Under the pieces are notes generated by a model. It saw only the letters and a program-made list of their open reading frames with translations, searched no databases and was not told where the DNA came from. Shown here piece after piece: positions 35,840 to 40,359 of a stretch of DNA of 40,359 nt; the first letter of the stretch is position 1; the number at the start of each line of letters is the position of its first letter. The DNA lies in assembly GCA_021828255.1 (NCBI GenBank), contig JAKASB010000003.1, positions 1-40,359 on the forward strand, read 5' to 3'. The DNA is from a bacterium (GTDB lineage Bacteria; SZUA-79; Acidulodesulfobacterales; Acidulodesulfobacteraceae). The position numbers and the translations under genes were made by a program.

Positions 35840-37528
35840 TCAGCCCCTTCGCATTATTTTTATGAAAATATATACTAATCCTAAAACCCAGCCTGTTATT
35901 CCCATAATTAAAATATAAAAATGAGAAAACTCGCTTCCAATAAATATAAGAATACCCGAAGAGATTATTACGGATGCAATTAAAAGTCCGTTAGTAAGTC
36001 TTTTGCTGGATTTTTCCATTTCTTCCATAAATCCCTCTAATCCCTTGTGGATAAAATCTATCGAAAAATTGTCTTCCGACATCTTTTTAAGTATTTTTTC
36101 GGTTCTTTTTGGAAATTCTCCTATTAAGTCTTTATAGTTTTTTAGCTTGTCTATTAAGGATTCTTTAATGTCTTTTGCTTTTTCCTTTTTATCTATCAGG
36201 ACGTCAAAATCAAAAAACTTGAATCCTGAACCGACAAAAGAAAATTCGGAGTCTAGCATTTTTGCTATAGATTCTATGGGGAGCAGGGCTTTAAACAATA
36301 AAGATAGTTCGGGCGGTATGACTAATTTGTTTTTCTGACCGATCTTCAATGTTTCCAAAAGAATCTCCGAACTGTAAATATCTCTGAAGGGCTTATTATA
36401 AAAGCTTTCTATAAACTCCATAAGCTCGAATTTAAAAAACTGCTCTTCCTTATCTGTTAAATCGCCCATGCATATTTCTATAAAATGTGATGCCGCTTCT
36501 TCATAATTGCCGTTGAAAAATTCTATAAAATACTTCAGAATTTTTTTTCTTAAATCTTTCGTAAGTATTCCTACGGAACCGAAATCGATTATGCCGATTT
36601 TCTCTTGATTTATAACGAAAACATTGCCGGGATGCGGGTCCGCGTTAAAGTATCCTATTATAAATATCTGTTTGAAAAAATGATTCAGAAATATTTTAAG
36701 AATAATTTTATTATCGAAGCCTCTTTTAGACAGTTCGGTTAAGTCGCTTACTTTTACGCCTTCTATGAAATCCTCCACCAAAAATCCTTTAGAGGAATAT
36801 TGCCAGTAAATTTTTGGAATTTCTACGGTGTCTTTGTCTAAATTGGATTTTCTTATTTTTTCGGTATATCCGGCTTCCGTCATGAAATCAAGTTCGGATA
36901 TAATGCTTTTGCTGAATTCTCTAAACAAATCTTCCGCATTGTCGATATAAAGCAGTTCTTTAACGGCATCTTTTACTATAGTTACGATAAAATATAAAAC
37001 GTCTATGTCGTTTCTGATTATTTTATCTACGTTTCTTTTTTTAATCTTTACCGCAACCGTCGTTCCGTCTTTTAAAACAGCCTTATGAACCTGCGCTATG
37101 GAAGCTGAAGCTATAGGCATTTCATCAAACGATGCAAAAACATCTTCTAAATTTTGTCCGGTTTCACTTCTGAATATTTCCTTGATTTCATCGATTTTGT
37201 TAAAATCAATTTGAGTGTTGTCCTGAAGTTTTCTTAATTCAACGATATATTTTAAAGGCAGCGCCCTGATTTCCTGAGAAAATACCTGTCCGAGTTTTAT
37301 AAAAGTAGGACCGAGTTCTTCTAAAGCGTATCTCAGTCTAATTTCCGGCGGAACGTTTTGATAATTGTCAACCGGATAGGTAGCCTTAAGATATTTTTTA
37401 AATATAAAAAACCTGGAAAGTCCAACATTGGTAATAATCTGGTAAAAACCGTGCTTTGCAAATATAGAAGCCACCTTTCTAATTCGCTTGAGAGCCCTTA
37501 TGAACCGTATAAAATTGCCTATTTTCAT
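35840..37528 (-). CDS. ubiB: ABC1/UbiB family atypical kinase-like protein
   Basis: 562 aa with ASASIAQVHKA, VAVKIKKRNV, ADPHPGNVFV and IDFGSVG, plus C-terminal TM segments. Confidence 0.8.
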   Translation of the reverse strand: MKIGNFIRFIRALKRIRKVASIFAKHGFYQIITNVGLSRFFIFKKYLKATYPVDNYQNVPPEIRLRYALEELGPTFIKLGQVFSQEIRALPLKYIVELRKLQDNTQIDFNKIDEIKEIFRSETGQNLEDVFASFDEMPIASASIAQVHKAVLKDGTTVAVKIKKRNVDKIIRNDIDVLYFIVTIVKDAVKELLYIDNAEDLFREFSKSIISELDFMTEAGYTEKIRKSNLDKDTVEIPKIYWQYSSKGFLVEDFIEGVKVSDLTELSKRGFDNKIILKIFLNHFFKQIFIIGYFNADPHPGNVFVINQEKIGIIDFGSVGILTKDLRKKILKYFIEFFNGNYEEAASHFIEICMGDLTDKEEQFFKFELMEFIESFYNKPFRDIYSSEILLETLKIGQKNKLVIPPELSLLFKALLPIESIAKMLDSEFSFVGSGFKFFDFDVLIDKKEKAKDIKESLIDKLKNYKDLIGEFPKRTEKILKKMSEDNFSIDFIHKGLEGFMEEMEKSSKRLTNGLLIASVIISSGILIFIGSEFSHFYILIMGITGWVLGLVYIFIKIMRRG

Positions 37529-37534
37529 AATTTA

Positions 37535-39844
37535 TCAATCCTTTGCAAATTTAATAAACCTCAGGTCTATCTCGCGTTTAAGCAGGTCGATTGAATAAAC
37601 GCTCACATAAGTCCTGTCGCCTATTTTAAATATCTTTCTGCTATGTCTTCCCTTGAGTATTTTAGAGGCGTCATTGTATTCGTAATAATCGTCCGCTATC
37701 GTGGAAACATGGACGAAACCCTGAATAAAAAACCCTTTAATATCCACAAAAAAACCGAAGTTTATAACATTTGTAATAAAACCTTCATAAACTGCCCGCG
37801 CATTTTTTTTTAAAAATTGCATTTTCTTAAAATCTACATATTCTCTTTCGGCATCGGCAGAAAGTTTTTCTCTTTTTGAAATTGCGTTTGATGCAGATTT
37901 TAAATATTCCACATTAAGCCAATCCGGTATTTGTTTAATTTTCTTAGCAGTAATATTGTCACATCCTGCCTCTATCTTGCTACCGTCATCCCCATAAAGA
38001 ATAAAAGCAAGTATTCTGTGTACCAATAAATCCGCATATCTTCTAATAGGAGAAGTAAAATGTGTATAAGACCTAAGGGCAAGTCCAAAGTGGTGAATAT
38101 TAACGGGGGAATAAACGGCAATCTTCATAGATCTCAGAAAAGCCTGCTCCAAAAAAGAAGCCAGCGGGGTTTTTTTCAGCTTGTTCAGCATCCTCTGGTA
38201 ATCTAACGGGTTTTCAAAAGAACTGTGGGTAAACGGTATTTTAAAATATTTTAATATTTTTAAAAATTCTTTAACTTTTTCTTCGTCCGGCCTTTCATGC
38301 ACTCTGTAAACCGAGGGGGCTTTTCTATTCTCTATAAATTCGGCTACTGCGCAGTTTGCCGTTATCATAAAATCTTCGATTAGATTATGCGCAAAATTTC
38401 TTGGTTCGGGAATAACGTTAACAGGTTCATTGTTTTCGTCAAGTTCCACTTTGCTTTTAATCGGGTCAAAATCCAAGCTCCCGTTTTTAATCCTTTTATC
38501 CCTTAAAACTTTTGCAAGTTGTTTCATACCTAAAAGTATATCCTTTACAGGGGAAAGTTTTTTATCCAATAAACCGAAAAGTTCCTCGTTTTTATCGCCA
38601 TTGGTTTCTCGTCCAGGATATGATTTTGCCTCTAATGCCGTCAAATAATTATATACCTCGCTATAAGTCAACCTTCCAAAAGTCTTTATTAATCCTCTAT
38701 ATATTTTTTGATTTTCCGTTTTTCCGGATGATGCATCGATATCCATTTCGCAAACCATCACAAACCTCTTTTTTTGAGGAAGAAGACTGCACAGGTCATT
38801 AGATAGTTTTTCCGGAAGCATCGGATAAACACTGCCGGGAAAATATGTGGAGTTGCCCCTTTTAAATGCTTCGGCATCTATATAAGTTCCGTATCTTACA
38901 AAATAAGAAACATCGGCTATGGCAACGTACAGTTTGACGATATTTATTTTTTTGGACTTCTTTAAATAAACGGCATCGTCAAAATCTTTTGCATCTTCGC
39001 CGTCTATAGTGACAAAAGGCATAGCAGTCAAATCGCGCCTGCCTTTTTCTATATTTTTTTCTTCAAAATCGGAAGAAAATGCTTCAAGTTCTCTTATGGC
39101 TTCTTCGGCAAAAGACTTATAGATACTATATTTATTCAAGACAATTTCTTCTTCGACATCTTTCGATTCTATACTCCCTAAAATCTTATCTATCTTCACC
39201 ATTCTGGAAGATAAATCATCTGTTTCCGGCAAAACGGCGTTTACCATAATTCCGTTTTTTAATTTATCCTTATCTTTAAATCTATGCATATCAAAATAAA
39301 ACATATCGTCAAACTCAGGTGAAACAGGGGTTAGAATTGCTATATTGTTTTCAACTCTGATTACCGCCTTGAAATTTTTTAAATTTCTTTTTATTATCCT
39401 TATAACCCTGCCCCTTCTGTCTTTTGCGGTAGTTGATTTATAACCCGATTTTAATTCTTCCCGCTGTTTTTTCTTTAAATAATATGAACTATCCGGCATC
39501 AACTGTAAAATAACGGTATCTCCGAAAATCGCCCCGTTAAGGTCGGAACTCTTTACAAAAATATCTTTTTCTCCAACGGTATCGTCACTTACGAACGCAT
39601 AATTATGCTTTTTCGTTACTACGGCTCCGTGTATCAGATTTAATTTTTGGGGAAAAATATATTTCTCTCCTTTGGTAAGTATTAAATCTCCGTCACCAAC
39701 CATTGAATCCAGAATCTTTTTGGCGGCGGAAAGATTTTTTGCCGAAGTTATATTTAATCCATGTTTAATATCGGCAAAAGAAAGCGGAATATCGGACTTT
39801 TGAGAAAATAGATAAACGATATTTTCTTTTGTTATTATTTTCAT
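37535..39844 (-). CDS. rnr: Ribonuclease R
   Basis: 769 aa with an RNB catalytic domain (TIDGEDAKDFDDAV, HFGLALRSYTHFTSPIRRYADLLVHR) and a C-terminal S1 domain (YEGFITNVINFGFFVDI). Confidence 0.9.
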   Translation of the reverse strand: MKIITKENIVYLFSQKSDIPLSFADIKHGLNITSAKNLSAAKKILDSMVGDGDLILTKGEKYIFPQKLNLIHGAVVTKKHNYAFVSDDTVGEKDIFVKSSDLNGAIFGDTVILQLMPDSSYYLKKKQREELKSGYKSTTAKDRRGRVIRIIKRNLKNFKAVIRVENNIAILTPVSPEFDDMFYFDMHRFKDKDKLKNGIMVNAVLPETDDLSSRMVKIDKILGSIESKDVEEEIVLNKYSIYKSFAEEAIRELEAFSSDFEEKNIEKGRRDLTAMPFVTIDGEDAKDFDDAVYLKKSKKINIVKLYVAIADVSYFVRYGTYIDAEAFKRGNSTYFPGSVYPMLPEKLSNDLCSLLPQKKRFVMVCEMDIDASSGKTENQKIYRGLIKTFGRLTYSEVYNYLTALEAKSYPGRETNGDKNEELFGLLDKKLSPVKDILLGMKQLAKVLRDKRIKNGSLDFDPIKSKVELDENNEPVNVIPEPRNFAHNLIEDFMITANCAVAEFIENRKAPSVYRVHERPDEEKVKEFLKILKYFKIPFTHSSFENPLDYQRMLNKLKKTPLASFLEQAFLRSMKIAVYSPVNIHHFGLALRSYTHFTSPIRRYADLLVHRILAFILYGDDGSKIEAGCDNITAKKIKQIPDWLNVEYLKSASNAISKREKLSADAEREYVDFKKMQFLKKNARAVYEGFITNVINFGFFVDIKGFFIQGFVHVSTIADDYYEYNDASKILKGRHSRKIFKIGDRTYVSVYSIDLLKREIDLRFIKFAKD

Positions 39845-39948
39845 TTACTTTTTTATGCTAATTATTTCAAAATATGATACAATAAAAACCAATACATTAT
39901 AAATTTATACAATAATAACACTTAGCAAACATTTTTTCATTATAAATA

Positions 39949-40177
39949 TAAGACCTTAATCCCGATTTAGGATTTTATATATATGGATTGCTGGAATTAC
40001 TTAATAATGTCATTGCGAGCATATCTTTAGTTGCGTTTATAAAACCAACGGTTTTATGCAGGCAAAGATGGGACGAAGTCCAGCGCAGCTAACCAATCTA
40101 AAGCGAGATTGCTTCGCTGCGCTCGCAATGACGGGATATTGGAATTTATTAAATAGTTTCTAAATCGGGATTTGGGT
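39949..40177. mobile_element. MITE-like element, copy B, inverted relative to copy A and carrying a ~100-nt nested palindromic module
   Basis: 40122-40177 is the exact reverse complement of 34753-34808 (56/56). 39963-40020 matches the reverse complement of 34824-34885 with a few differences. 40021-40120 is extra sequence bracketed by GTCATTGCGAGC and GCTCGCAATGAC. The 14-nt direct repeat TAAGACCTTAATCC lies at 39949-39962 and 40177-40190. Confidence 0.65.
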
Positions 40178-40200
40178 AAGACCTTAATCCTTTGTATAAT
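40172..40200 (+). promoter_or_regulatory. Candidate sigma70 promoter for tRNA-Leu
   Basis: TTGGGT (40172-40177, the last bases of the MITE), a 17-nt spacer, and TATAAT (40195-40200). The tRNA starts 51 nt downstream. This rests on a consensus match only, in AT-rich DNA. Confidence 0.3.
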
Positions 40201-40225
40201 ATCGGTATTATACAAGGATTAAGGT
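40181..40225. repeat. Stem-loop of about 19 bp formed by two inverted copies of the CCTTAATCCTTGTATAAT motif
   Basis: ACCTTAATCCTTTGTATAAT (40181-40200) pairs with ATTATACAAGGATTAAGGT (40207-40225), leaving one bulged T. Confidence 0.8.
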
Positions 40226-40250
40226 AAAAGATAAAAATATTGCAATTAAA

Positions 40251-40337
40251 GCCGGAATGGCGGAACTGGTAGACGCGCACGGTTCAGGGCCGTGTAAGAT
40301 TACTCTTGTGGGGGTTCGATTCCCCCTTCCGGCACCA
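40251..40337 (+). tRNA. tRNA-Leu (anticodon CAG), class II with long variable arm, CCA encoded
   Basis: The acceptor stem GCCGGAA (40251-40257) pairs with TTCCGGC (40327-40333), followed by discriminator A and CCA (40335-40337). The anticodon stem is CACGG/CCGTG with loop TTCAGGG (CAG at 40285-40287). The T arm is GGGGG-TTCGATT-CCCCC, and there is a long variable arm. Confidence 0.95.
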
Positions 40338-40359
40338 ATTATATATATAAAATTAATTC

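Noticed and set aside
40021-40120. The nested module of MITE copy B considered as a small ribozyme, tRNA-like RNA or other known structured RNA
   Set aside because: I could not see a hammerhead core (CUGAUGA/GAAA), a tRNA cloverleaf or any other recognisable signature. It looks like nested palindromic repeat modules. An Rfam scan would be needed to be sure.

Overview
This is an AT-rich (roughly one-third G+C by eye), densely coding bacterial chromosomal segment that is almost entirely core or housekeeping. I do not see a defence island, prophage, CRISPR array, toxin-antitoxin pair or any coherent multi-gene system of unknown function.

Gene content, left to right:
- The tail of a probable binding-protein gene, then a ModB/ModC-like ABC permease and ATPase (+).
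- A minus-strand block of about 24 kb: xseA, a TetR plus DHA2 MFS efflux pair, an unknown membrane protein, an M16 peptidase, pnp, rpsO, truB, a DHH/DHHA1 phosphoesterase, rbfA, infB, nusA, rimP, truA, and a type IV pilus block pilB-pilT-pilC-pilS-pilR, then aroE.
- The classic xseB-ispA-dxs operon followed by tlyA and a TPR protein (+).
- A second sigma54-dependent two-component pair, ribF, ubiB and rnr (-).
- tRNA-Leu(CAG) (+).

The rimP-to-pnp order and the pilBTCSR order resemble those of Geobacter/Myxococcus-type genomes. This is inference from synteny only.

The unusual content is non-coding or structural:
1. Two copies of a MITE-like palindromic element in opposite orientations. One appears to supply the ribF stop codon. 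The other carries a nested ~100-nt module next to the tRNA.
2. A perfect 41-nt terminator-shaped palindrome sits inside the coding linker of the second sigma54 activator.
3. A ~400-nt structured, repeat-filled spacer lies inside the ABC transporter operon.
4. There are several near-consensus sigma70 promoters, two of which imply leaderless mRNAs, and a weak terminator-like hairpin in the rimP-nusA leader.
5. The pilus block lacks a pilin gene, and its PilT has an unusual low-complexity tail.

All functional readings of these are hypotheses. Nothing was computed beyond reading the sequence and the supplied ORF track.
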